From Ancylonema sp. (taxonomy: Eukaryota), in NCBI GenBank assembly GCA_050230475.1, contig JBFLGF010000192.1, forward strand, positions 1 through 52,330: a stretch of DNA of 52,330 nt, given 5' to 3'. Under the pieces are notes generated by a model. That model was given only the letters and a program-made list of their open reading frames with translations. It searched no databases and had not been told where the DNA came from. The position numbers and the translations under genes were made by a program. This document shows, in pieces, positions 1 through 15,569 of this stretch. Position 1 is the stretch's first letter. Each line of letters starts with the position of its first letter.

Positions 1-66
1 CCAATCCTTGGCCCTCCTCTCCCCTCCTCCCCCCTTCTGTTGTTTCCTCCTGGTGGGATTGTCCAG

Positions 67-1075
67 GTGGCCACCACAGCCGACTTCAGTGTGGATTCCT
101 GGTTCTGGACCCATTTCAGTGGGGGACTGAACCATCAGGTGAGACAACAGAGGAGAGGGCATAGGGGGGTATGGTATGGTAGCACCAGGGAGGAACAAGT
201 TCCAACTGGGGATGGGAGGGAGAAGGGGTGAGGGTAGGCCTACGGCGGATTAGTCAGTGGAAGTGAGGGAGGACCGTTGGGAGCATGCCATTATACGTAG
301 CATCATTTCTTATTTTTTTTAAGTGATCAATTTTTATACAAAAATAATATTTACTGATACTATTAGCGATAATTCTATTATCATAATCTAGTAAAACTAT
401 GAACTTGTAATCCAGTTACTGTTATGATGACTACTATTTTTCTAATCTAATATGAATCTTCTTCCACTTTCGTATTTTATCGTAGCTTGCATAGTCAGTT
501 GTACGATGTCCCAATTTCCCCTCCGTGTACAGAAAGGTAGGCGATTGCTTTTAGGGGTCCTTCGTCCCTTCCTGTGGTCCGGTTGCAAGGTACAATAAGA
601 CGCTTGTACCTTGTAGGGGAAAGAAGAGAAGAAAAGGAAACAAGAGAGGGAAGGGAGAATGAGATTCTATGACCTTGTTTGGCAGGTGGAGCACCACTTG
701 TTCCCCGGCATCTGCCACGTGTACTACCCTTACCTGCAGCCCATTGTGAAAGCAACGTGCGAAGAGTTTGGCATCCAGTACCATTGCTACCCTGACGTAA
801 GGAAATGATTCACAGCATTTCAGTATGGGAGTTCTGCATACTTCCGATTTGCTTATGGGAGACTTTGGGAGCCCGTCTTCCAGATTGCTTGGGGACCACT
901 CTCGCTATTGTTTGGTTCCTCTCAGACTGGTCACTCAACTGTGTTTGTATCGAGGGACTGAATGTGAGTGTCTTGTCTTTTTCTGTTGTGCCAGGTTTTG
1001 ACCGCCATCAAGGCGCACTTTGAGTACATCAAGAAAGTGGGGGTCAACGGGGCGGAGTTCCGCCTAGGCGGCTGA
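67..1075 (+). CDS. Front-end (delta-5-like) fatty acid desaturase, last three exons (67-138, 686-796, 995-1075); 5' part lies outside the window
   Basis: GT-AG splicing gives [87 protein letters not shown]. GGLNxQxEHHLFP is the third (QxxHH) histidine box of front-end desaturases. All junctions are phase 0. Confidence 0.93.
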
Positions 1076-1738
1076 GGGGCGAATTTATTTTGTGCGTTGT
1101 GCCCACGTGCGTATCTCTATGAATGCTCCACATCGTAGGGAAGAATAGAAATGACGCGAAATTCAAATCACTTTTGCGGAGGTGCAAGCTGCATGTCTGC
1201 AGGGAAAAAAATAGTAATAGGGTAGGGTGGAAGCCATCTCTGAAGACATATGATATACTACAATACTACATTAAATTACTCAACAACTATGTGCTGAAAA
1301 GCAGCTGCAGTTCATTATTTCTAGAAAGCTGTTGAGGTTAATATGTTACAGAGAGCAGTTGGGAATTATGAGCCCTAGAAAGTACCCAATGGAGTGATGA
1401 TAAGATAGATAGAGGCTAGAGCCAGATCGACATTCACGTGAGCTAATTTATGCTTCCCTACCTATCACGAGGCGTTTAGGTTCAATCTTAGCATTATTTG
1501 GTATCCAGTCCACTGCTTCTTACATTATTAGACAACAAGAATGAAAGGAGTGAAGGACTTTGATTCATTATTTTCGTTGCGGGCTTTCATGTGATGTGGA
1601 TGTAGGTATCATCCTTGTGGGCAGACATTTGTACCCTTGCTTGAAACCTATGAAGTTCTTGTGGGTTGTAACCCACTGGAATTGACAAATGTGGAAACAT
1701 AGATATCAGTGAGATGGGAGGAGATGGATGATGTGTAT

Positions 1739-2467
1739 CCTAGTGGGTCCCCGAGCCGGAGAACATGCGCGCCGGGTCGGAGCCGGAGCACGCGCGCGCC
1801 GGCTCGAAGCCGGGCTTGTAAAATCCGCGAGCAGAGCGGGAGCCACAACAAAATAAATAAAAAAAATGGTAGCCCCGTCCCCGATAAGCGGTAGACTATT
1901 ATTCTTGCGTCGGACTGATTCATAACACCTTGTATTCCGTCATTATCCCGTCCCCCGTTTACAATTCCCCCTTGACGTTCGGAAGCTACAATTCTGTCGT
2001 TTAGCACGTCTCCCGCTCATCGTGTTTTTCTGTACCATCGTTGTCCTCCTGTTCCATCATAATTTGTGACACACCTAGATTTTGTTTGACGTCTGTGCCA
2101 CAGAATCTATCAGTTTTTTCTTGAAATCCCGCATCTGACGGCTGGGCATTGTTCAGTGCCACGTCCCTCCCCTAGATGTTGTCCAAGTCCCGAAATGTCA
2201 GAAGATCTATAAGATTCGCTACAGAATCTTTCAGTTGCCAAAAAAAATACCGGATTCGACGGACACAGTCTCTTCAGTAACCATCAGAATAAGGTTACCA
2301 TGTTTGGGACATACATGGTAACTGGTAACTAGTAACTACCTGCTTGGCAGAGGAGGATTTCTACTTAGTCGCATTTCGATGTTTGTCTTTTTGCCAGGCG
2401 GGTCGCGGACGCGCGCCGGCTCGGAGCCGGGCTCGCAAATTCCGCGAGCGAAGCGGGACCCACTATG
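1739..2467. mobile_element. Non-autonomous hAT-like DNA transposon (MITE), 729 bp
   Basis: TIR CCTAGTGGGTCCC ... GGGACCCACTATG (1 mismatch) flanked by an exact 8-bp duplication ATGTGTAT (1731-1738 and 2468-2475). A GC-rich subterminal block occurs near both ends. Confidence 0.9.
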
Positions 2468-2754
2468 ATGTGTATGATGGGGGGATCAAGGGGGCATGGC
2501 AAAGTGTCTGCCAGAGTCAGGAACGCAACGGACCACCGATTAGGCAAATTTATGCTTCACAATTATTTCACTCTATGGACATCCTGCGACCCTTAGTTGG
2601 GCCCCATCCACCCCTATCCGGATCGGACCCGGATCGGGCTCAGTCCGGATCGTATCGATCCTGATTGACGCCATAGCAGAACTACACCGAAACAAATAAA
2701 CAACATTTTTCCGAGGATTTTACGCCACCAGTAGTGCACGTAAAGGCTTTTTTT

Positions 2755-6282
<3,528 letters not shown>

Positions 6283-7997
6283 CCGTACAACAAGTACGGT
6301 TGTCTGAACCCGGCACGACCGTGGTCGGTATCTCACCTGAAACCAGGTGCATCCCTATCAAGGAGCCACGTGGCAGTCCCTCCTCCGTTGGTGCTCTCCA
6401 GACGAATGCGGTCCGCCACTGGGCGGGCACCTGAATGTGACGGGGCAACAGATGGTAGACACGTGGCGATTGACGAGGAGGGAATGGAGAGAAGCTGCAG
6501 ACTGACGTTGACTGGGTCAAGTCTCCGTTTACTTTGACTTCTTTCTGTGACTGCCGTGTGGGACAATGACTCAACATTTGGTTGCCTAGAAGAGGTTCAT
6601 CGGCCGAGAAGAAACATTGACACACTCTGCTTGGTAAACATTCATGCGATACCAGGTTTGAAAAAATGAAAAGATGGAGCTGCAAGCTGAAGCAAAAAAA
6701 ACAACTCTCCTTTGTTTCTGTACTGATGGTACACGTTTTAAGAGCACACAAAACTGGGCCATTAACATTGCTGTCCCAATCACTTTGTTCAGGGCCATGC
6801 GTGCTGCACGTCGTTAACATTGGGCTGCCTAACGCAGAGTCAGGACGCACTTGTCAGTATTTAACACCAGCATCGCACGAACAATGAAGTTGCCATGGGT
6901 GATGCTCTTTATCAATTATTGAGAGCTACCGGTGTCCAACTGCCAGCAGTAGTTCATGACTTCTCATGAAAGCACAACACCCCGCCTCCTAAAAAAAATC
7001 ACGTGAATGCCTTCAAAATGGAGCAAGCGTAAAATGTCACGCAGCAAAAAGGAATGACACGGATAAGCGACGTGCAATACAACCGTGGCAGATCACTCAC
7101 AGATAGCAGAGGAGCCAAAAATAAGCAGCGCGGTCCCTAGTGCAAGAGGGCGTAGTGCTACCGGAACTGTCATCGCAAAATGTCAGAGAGTGTTGCTTCT
7201 GTACCTCACCTGGCCAGCTTTAGTACAACCCTCCATGCGACGGACAATCGAGAGTGATGCACAATGTGCGTCGGGGTCACGTGCGAGGATGCTTCTGCGT
7301 CCAGTCCAATTGCAGGGGTCCGTACAAAGCCGCGGTCGGCCATCAATCTGGCCAGCCGCCACCGACGGCAAGCCACAGAAACTGGGTGGCGACCGATTAG
7401 ACGAATGAGCAGCTGGTCAGGTCGGAATGCTACACCAAATGAACTCCACGTGTGGCAAACTAAGAGGACTAAAAAGCCGCAGGCACGCACCAGACGGAGG
7501 TGAGCGTCGCCGACATAGCAAGGGCACACAAATCAAAGAACAGAAGTAGACCGGGCCTCATTTCCACGCGCTAAACTGAATCATGGAAGTCCCGGACGGA
7601 CGGGCCGTCCGTCTCATGTTGAAAGGCGACAAACCGTACGATCGTACGAAAATCTGACACATCGGACGACTGGACACTTTGAATTACCAGGTGTTCGCCA
7701 CGTGTCGTGGGAAACAGCCTGCAGGGTTGCGAAAATCAAGAAAGAGAAGAGGGAGAGCCCGAAGGACAGAAAATGAAGGTACGGCGTCAAATACCTTCTC
7801 GAGGAGTGGGTCCCTTCTCGATTATTACATTGAAAGTTATTGATTAGGCAATACTGGTATACTCGGTAATACACTGGTATACTGCTAATGTACACCAATG
7901 TCATCAAAAGTTAGCCAGATATTCGGTGCCGCTCCTTCCAGACATTGCCGAACTGCAAATTTGTTGATATTCACCACGACAAACACCTTCACCACCG

Positions 7998-10157
7998 ATG
8001 GGCCAATTGCTGTGTAAGTCACTTCAGATTCTTGAAACACTTCACCAAAGCGACTCAATTTCCAGGACTCGGTTGGTTGGCTACGCGGGTCGAGTTTCTG
8101 GGTCAAGGATTCTCTTGGCCACCCTGTTAGACTCTCTGATATAGGAAATGCGGCACCTCATGACACAGCTCGCATACTGGGCTGAAAATTCAGAGCTCGC
8201 TTACGATGCTAGCATTCACCGATATCGCAACCACCATCCCAGTCGACCAGATGTGGACAATTACTCCCGGGATGAGATTGTATGACTGAGAAATGCTTCG
8301 CCAGTAATATTTATGCAAGCCTGGTTATAGCATGCTGTTCAAAGCAGCATGCTTATAACCAGATTCATGTTGGGTGGACTCAAGGCTCACGGGGTAGCAT
8401 CACAAGCGGTCGATTCGAGCATCATGTAGTGGTCATGATGCGACTGTTATCAGCATTTTTGCTTGAGGAGATGGCGTGGCCTTTGCAAGTCATTGATTCA
8501 GCCTGGCAACTAGCTCCTGATACAGGTTGAATTTCTGACTTTCCGCAGCTCGGAATCTGGACAAGCCTCGTGTGCAACGTAGCATTGATCGCATCTTTTA
8601 TGAGGTCGCGGACATTGATGGAAACGGGCCGGACGGAAAGCCCACGCTCAATTTCGCAGAGCTCTACATCGCTGTGCTTCTAGTCTATAAGTAATTCTCA
8701 TTTCCTTTTTCCCTTCTTTTTCCCTCTTTTTACACCAATCTACCTTTCCTGAACATGCTAATTATGTGCATGTGGCCTGTTGAATCAATTGACCATGGTC
8801 TCTATCTTGGCCATGGTCTCTATCTTGACCATGGTCAACCTTTGGATAAGCACTCTACCTTTGACAGGAGCTTTATGTCCCATCTAATTCACAGTCTGAA
8901 GAACCTGGCTTCAGGCCAGGTGTTATAACAAAATGCAATCAAGTTGAACTTGTTGATGCTGGCTTGGCACTACTTTGATAATATTGCTATCCTATGCCGT
9001 CAGTCTCAGGGATTATACTGTCAATTATAGTGTCTGAAATTCCGCCAGTCTGTACCTTATTTTCAAAACATATGTTATTTGTGTCTTCCCAAATTTTTAT
9101 TCTTTTCCTCTTTTCTATTCTCATTGCCTTAAGTGACGTCTTTATCGGCGTCCAAGTCAACAACCCGGATTGTTGAAAATCTTTCTTTCCTCAACTACAA
9201 AAAGGGAGATTGCAGAGGCCATGAATATTTTTACAGCTCTCGAATGTCAATCAAACACGCTCTGAAGTAGTCAGCAGCCTTCGTTTGCTACTACCTGAAG
9301 CCTACTTTTATTCTTTACTGAAACCTACCATGCTTCCCCAGCGACATCCACAAGGTGTTCACCAACTTCCACAGCGAGCCTCCAAAACGAGCAGAGGTGA
9401 TGGAAATGCTCAAGGTACGGACCCACACTTCTCAGACTCAGATTAGGGCAGTTCTCATTCTTATCATCAGATATGTCCCTTCGAGGCTGCCTTTTGACAC
9501 GGAACAACTCAATACTCCATACTCATGTTACCCACATTGAGTTTCTTCTTTACCTCTTGTGGTAGCAATCAATATGTGTATCGTCGCAGGTGCAATTATC
9601 ATCGATTTGAAATCACCACACCATTTGTGTGCTTCATGCTACAAACGAGTCAAGCAAAAATGTGAAATGTCATTCTTTTAGTTCATGTTGGTCCTCGCAC
9701 CCTCTCAGCTAACAGACATCTACTTTTTTATTTTGAACTTTAACTTAAGCTGGTCAAGCTTTGGAGTAAACTGACTTGTGCTCTGTCATATTGGAGCAAA
9801 CAGTTCTCTTTCTTCTCTTCCATTTCCTTATGGCAGGCTTATTGCCTATCCACCACTTTACCACCTACAGTCACCACCATTTCTATTTGCCTGCAGACCT
9901 TTGATACACACAAGAACGGCGTGTTGGACCGCAAGGAGTTCGAGGCGTTTGTGCTGAAATTCACAGACGGTGCCAGCAAACAAATTGGAGTCAACCTCCT
10001 TGTCGTATGTGTCCTCGTCCCCGGATTGGTCCACGTCACCAAAAAGTTTTTGAAACCGGTGGATACTGTGGGACTAATCGTGGAAAAAGTCCCAGGTGCC
10101 GTTTTTGCCGTGGGGTACATGATGGCTCTGAGTGCCGTAGGTCTGAAAATGCATTAA
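7998..10157 (+). CDS. Small N-myristoylated calcium-binding EF-hand protein (plant family)
   Basis: Exons 7998-8013, 8549-8690, 9342-9414, 9897-10157 join in phase: MGQLLSRNLDKPRVQRSIDRIF...AELYIAVLLVYNDIHKVFTNFHSEPPKRAEVMEMLKTFDTHKNGVLDRKEF... MGxxxS myristoylation motif, EF-hand loop DTHKNGVLDRKE, hydrophobic C-terminal segments. Confidence 0.88.
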
Positions 10158-11077
10158 TTGAATGTGTTGGTGTTCCAAGGTCCGCCAAGATTCAGTTTCT
10201 AGAAAAGATTTGTTTTGTTACGTGTCAAGACGTGTAACTCTTCGATCTCTCTCCTTGAGGGTCAACATATTGCACATGAAATGCGAGTTGCAAGCAATTT
10301 TAGGAAATTTGGAAGGTCTTCCGTTTGAATGCGGAAGAATGAGGCATTCCGCATTCCACATTCAACGGTTTGGAACCGAAAAGAATATGCGGTGTAGTTT
10401 AGTGTTTTGATTGTGGTTGTGACCTTCGGGGTAGGCACCGTGGGATATGCTCGTTGGTGAGTGAAAAGCCCCAGATATTGTGAAGGATTTGTAGCGTGTA
10501 GACATCCAATAATGAGAAACATAGATGTCACCCACCCGTCACTATATACAAGGTCTTTTTGCCCAAAGAAACATCAAGTGATAGACGAAATATGTGCGAA
10601 ATGTGATATGTGACGATAAGTGGTGGGCACACAATCATTCGATCTCTTTTCAAATCGACATCGTTGGTATATGCATTTCAATGTTCAACACTTCTGCGGC
10701 AAACCGCTTAGCCCGTTAAGTGCATGTCAAATCGCATTCATGGAATCGGGACCAAGCGATGTTTGTTTTAACCGAGTATGTACGGGCACTACTAGCGATG
10801 ACCTTGTTGGTAATCAGGATCCGACTTCGACCATCTATATTTGGGAGGTAATGCTTCTCTTGTTATTTCGGCTAACCTATGGGGGGGGGGAGGCGGGGAA
10901 CACCAATATTTTATGGCGTTTTTTTTTTGCATATCTTCATTTGTGTTTTTGTTTTTGGTTGATTGTTGTCAATGTGCCGAGAATGATCGGTTTATTGTCA
11001 GAAACCTCCAACGCATCGTTCGTTTGCGGACATTATATTTATGATATGCGATTACACGACGCGCCGTGTAAGAAAAT

Positions 11078-11552
11078 CAGAGTTGTCTCGAAATGTCGGC
11101 GTTTTGATACGGCTAAAACCCGACACGTCGGACACGTATCGGGCTCCCCGACAAGGCATGATCGGGTGGATTTGGCAACATATCGGGATTCAGGCGTCAA
11201 TCGACTTTTGATTTTATAATCCAGAGGCAATATTCACAACATAGCAACCAAGTCCGACTTGGGCCAAGGTCGACTAGCCGAAAATTTACTTCATGTTCGA
11301 AAAAAGTTATTAGTATCGAAAATAATCGGTTTTACGAGTGTCCGACATGATTTTTGCCGTGTCGAAACGCATGTGAGAGATTTGCCGTGTCGCGACGTGT
11401 CGGACACGTTCCGTGTCCGACACGCCGTGTCGAAGGATATGGGTGCCGTGTTGCGAAAATTTGGAAAAAACTAGGGCCGTGTCGAGCCCGTAAGCCCGAG
11501 ATGAACCCGGAGCCAAATTTTGATTTTTAGCCCGGTGGGCTCTTACAATCCC
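11078..11552. repeat. Degenerate MITE-like repeat(s) with clustered CGTGTC/GACACG and AGCCCG motifs
   Basis: Many copies of CGTGTCG/CGACACG in both orientations (11120-11450), followed by an AGCCCG-rich block; ends not clean. Confidence 0.5.
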
Positions 11553-12976
11553 CACTTGTATGATCCCCATTGACCGTGACTAGCTTGCCGGTTGCTAATG
11601 TATGGCTCGGATGCGGTTCTCACATCTCTGTCATCATTGGAAAATGGTCCGGAAAGCCATCTATTACGAAAGTATGCATGTATCTCTCCATATCGGTTAC
11701 GAGCGCGTGGAAGGTTCTATTACACGACCCGACTTTCTGATTTGGCGTTTAGATCAAGACCATTTGCAGTGTGGGCGAAGATGTACAATCAATCAATCTT
11801 CAATGTGCACGTCACCGGGAGAGGTTGGCACATGAGGCGCGATTCGAAGTCCATTGGACTTCTAGAGTTTCGAAATAATAACTCTATAATTTTGAAAAGT
11901 ATATTGATTTGTCGACATTTTTCACTATTTGACACGCTAGCCTAACGGTATGTGAGAGGTTGGAAATCCAGGGCTCGTCAAAAGATTGAGGATTGTTGTT
12001 GATGCTCGAATTAACACTGAAGATAACGTAACCAATAAATAACGATGTAATTTTCTCTATATCTTTTCAAACTAATATCGAGCCGGTGATAAGCAAATTT
12101 CGTCAATAGGTAAAACGAAATACTCATACGTAAGGGTACGAAACGAAAACCACGAGGAGACAAACGACATTTCGACGGCTGCAATTTTTTCGTGAACTTG
12201 TGAAAGCTCATTACAATGTATCATGGAAGGTTTTTCGTTTAATGGTAAATCCTACACAACGCGGAGTGACACCGAAATTTAGTTAATTTGGAGAACATGT
12301 AAGCACATACATGGCCTTTTAGATATCCTTCGTGCTTTAGCGGGGAGGTTTTTGATCGACGAGTGATATTCGAATGACATAAATAAGTTGGATCGGGATA
12401 TCGGCGGCATCACACATATATTTGAGTGAATTTCAACAATAGTGGTTATAGCCTACGAGTCTTAGAATCGATCATGTACGTCCGGCGATCAAAGTCAACT
12501 TGCTACTCAAATCGAACATACGGAAGCCGACTACTTCATATGATCGAAAATCGTATAATTTTGGACATCAACGGTGAAAACTTCGTCGCATCAAAAAAGT
12601 TGACCGACGTGCCGTTTATTTCGTGCTTATTTAGCCAATGTATTTTTGAAAGACACTCGCTAAGCTCTCCTTGTGAGAGTCCACGAAAGGGATCGATAGT
12701 TACATTTGAAAAAACCTTTGATTCCTTGGGCATTGTTGTGCGCATATATCTTACAGTGAAAAAACACTTGAAATATGATGTTGTGAGACTCATTTTGGTG
12801 GGTAGTGCCGTTGAGAATTATCGAAATGGGATGTCTCGATTTAATCTACTAGACTAATCCGCATATCTGTTCGGTGTCATTCATTTTGTCAAATCTTCAT
12901 CGATGATATCGATAGATCCTCGCTCTTGCTGACCACTATCTTTCTGTGGACATAATTCTCTCTTACTTTCTCACTC

Positions 12977-13080
12977 GCGCTTCTGTCTCTTTGTGGACAG
13001 GAATCACTCCTCGCACTTCTGCCTCTCTGTGGGCAGGAATCTCTCAATCGCACTTCTGCCTCTCTGTGGGCAGGAACTTC
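12977..13080. repeat. Three-copy ~35-bp tandem repeat
   Basis: Core GC(A/G)CTTCTG(C/T)CTCT(C/T)TGTGG(G/A)CAGGAA occurs three times. Confidence 0.85.
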
Positions 13081-13267
13081 CATAATATGTTCCGGGCTAT
13101 CGATGCGCAGGATACATAGGGGAATTACGTAAAGCATTCAACACGAGTGCAGGTGTTTGCAAGGATGTCAAGATGTTCAGAGTAATTGATTTTAGAGATC
13201 GTAGCCGAGTAGGCTATATCCCTTGTGAGTACAACAAATCGCTAGAATCTTCTAGCGTGCCGGATAT

Positions 13268-13512
13268 TGTTGCGGCGCCGCTATCCTAGTCATTTTGTAA
13301 TTCCTCCTAGTCACCTTCCTTATCTATGCCCCATGCCCATCCCTTATCTGACTTGGTCGATATATCTAAATGATGACTTGGACATTCTCACTATTGTACA
13401 ATGCCATGATGATGTCGATATCTAATTATTATTAATTTCCCATCGTTATTAACCCCTAGTACTTAATATGCAAGTTTATCAATTTGATGCATTTACAATT
13501 ATTGTTCCAACA
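13268..13512. mobile_element. Possible solo LTR (or short inverted-repeat element), 245 bp
   Basis: TGTTG...CAACA termini with ATAT on both flanks (13264-13267, 13513-13516). The flank is palindromic, so it could equally be a 10-bp TIR. Confidence 0.35.
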
Positions 13513-13755
13513 ATATCTTATGAAGCCCATATTTTGAGACCCGTTGTTTTTGGTTTCAAAATCAACGAAGCCACTAGGTAAATAATGTTTAAAAATGTTG
13601 TTTTCGTACAATTGAAGGTCCATATCGATCTCGATGATTGTTAGTCAAAACAAGAGAAAATAGAAACCACATTTTCTTGTCGATCACGGGTAGATGACCC
13701 CAACCAATTGAAAGTTATACAAGTGGAAATATCGAAAGCTGATGTTTCACATGCT

Positions 13756-14139
<384 letters not shown>

Positions 14140-14243
14140 CCCAAGAATTTAATAATAAAAAGAAATACTTATGTGGCGCAAAGGTACCGGTGATGACCTG
14201 TAGATGTGTCATCATTGCCATTAAACCACATAACGCATATATA

Positions 14244-14345
<102 letters not shown>

Positions 14346-15569
14346 CAAACGAAAACGAGGGCAACATTCAACTAAACGCTGACCGACATATGTAAATATT
14401 CAGGTCACGTTGTTTTTTTTTTTTTTTTAATCCTGATAATCATCACAACCGCTTCAAAAGAAGTAGGTTTCCAGTGGAAAGGAATTACTCAGTTTAATAT
14501 AGGACTAGAGATTCCGCTTAACCGCGGCACAATTCTGAACTCCAAGCGTTGTGTTCCATTGCGATTGAATGATCAAGAACCGATGCCGAAGTCTCTTCTG
14601 TGGGAGCTCTTAAACTGCCTTTGCTTCGACAATGGTGCAAGATGCCGGTATGGAAAATTCAACGCTTAAGCCGGGCAGGAGTGACTGTCGATGGGATCTC
14701 TACTGACACCGTTCACACGATTTGTCGACACCAATGGGACCGAGGTCAACAACGGATCCTTGACTGACCTCGATTCCAGTTTTTTCGTCGCTCATGTAAC
14801 ACAAATTGACCGTACGAAACAGTCGATGGAGCTTAGACAGCATAACAGCAAGCCACGTGTAGTGTTGACCGGACCTCGTGATGGTGACACTGGATCCTCG
14901 TCGAGATGTATCAAGAAAAACAATATCGAAGTACGTGTCAGAACCCGGCCTCTGGGCTCTCGCACATATAAGAGACATGAAATATCGAGGATTGGATGAC
15001 ATCATCATCATCGTGGCGTATTCGCAGTAACCACGATGCCACACGGCGAAAAAAAATCAGGATTCGGCTATCGATCGGATGCTGGTCTGCGAGGTTGAAC
15101 TAAAAATCAGTCTGACACCGTTGGATTCAATTCAGTATCATTTGACTCTATGGTCTCGCACGGCCGACTATGCACCGGCCACAGAACCAGCGATGCCGAT
15201 GGAGCCGTATGGTACACGATCCTCGCACGGAAAGGCGAGGAAGCCTCGCGCCCTCATGTGGAGCATCTTCAGAACTCAGAGCTAATATGAGATTATGAAA
15301 TCGGATACCGGGCAGCGATGTCCTCATTAGTCGGGCTATCACTGTTAGTATGTTACTAAGGAAGATGAATAAGTAACAAATGTCGATTCACTCGACTTGA
15401 TTTTCCGGCAGGATAACAGAAAATTACATCGCATAGCATTTCGTTGCCAGCTCCAATTACAGCCGAAGATAGGTTGCCTGTGAGAACTACGGGTTGCGAA
15501 ATGTATAGCTCAGAAACGTAGTTAGCGGGCTGCAGCTCCAGTAGTTTTGTAACCTGTCACCAGATCAAA

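Noticed and set aside
8282..8303. Alternative first exon MTEKCFA for the EF-hand gene
   Set aside because: Phase-compatible, but 7998-8013 has a stronger GTAAGT donor and yields the MGQxxS myristoylation start.
11590..12900. Possible decayed Copia RT or amidotransferase fragments (RLDISL...LRYL on minus; TRSDTEI on plus)
   Set aside because: Only short motif resemblances in conflicting strands with many stops; cannot be supported without a profile search.
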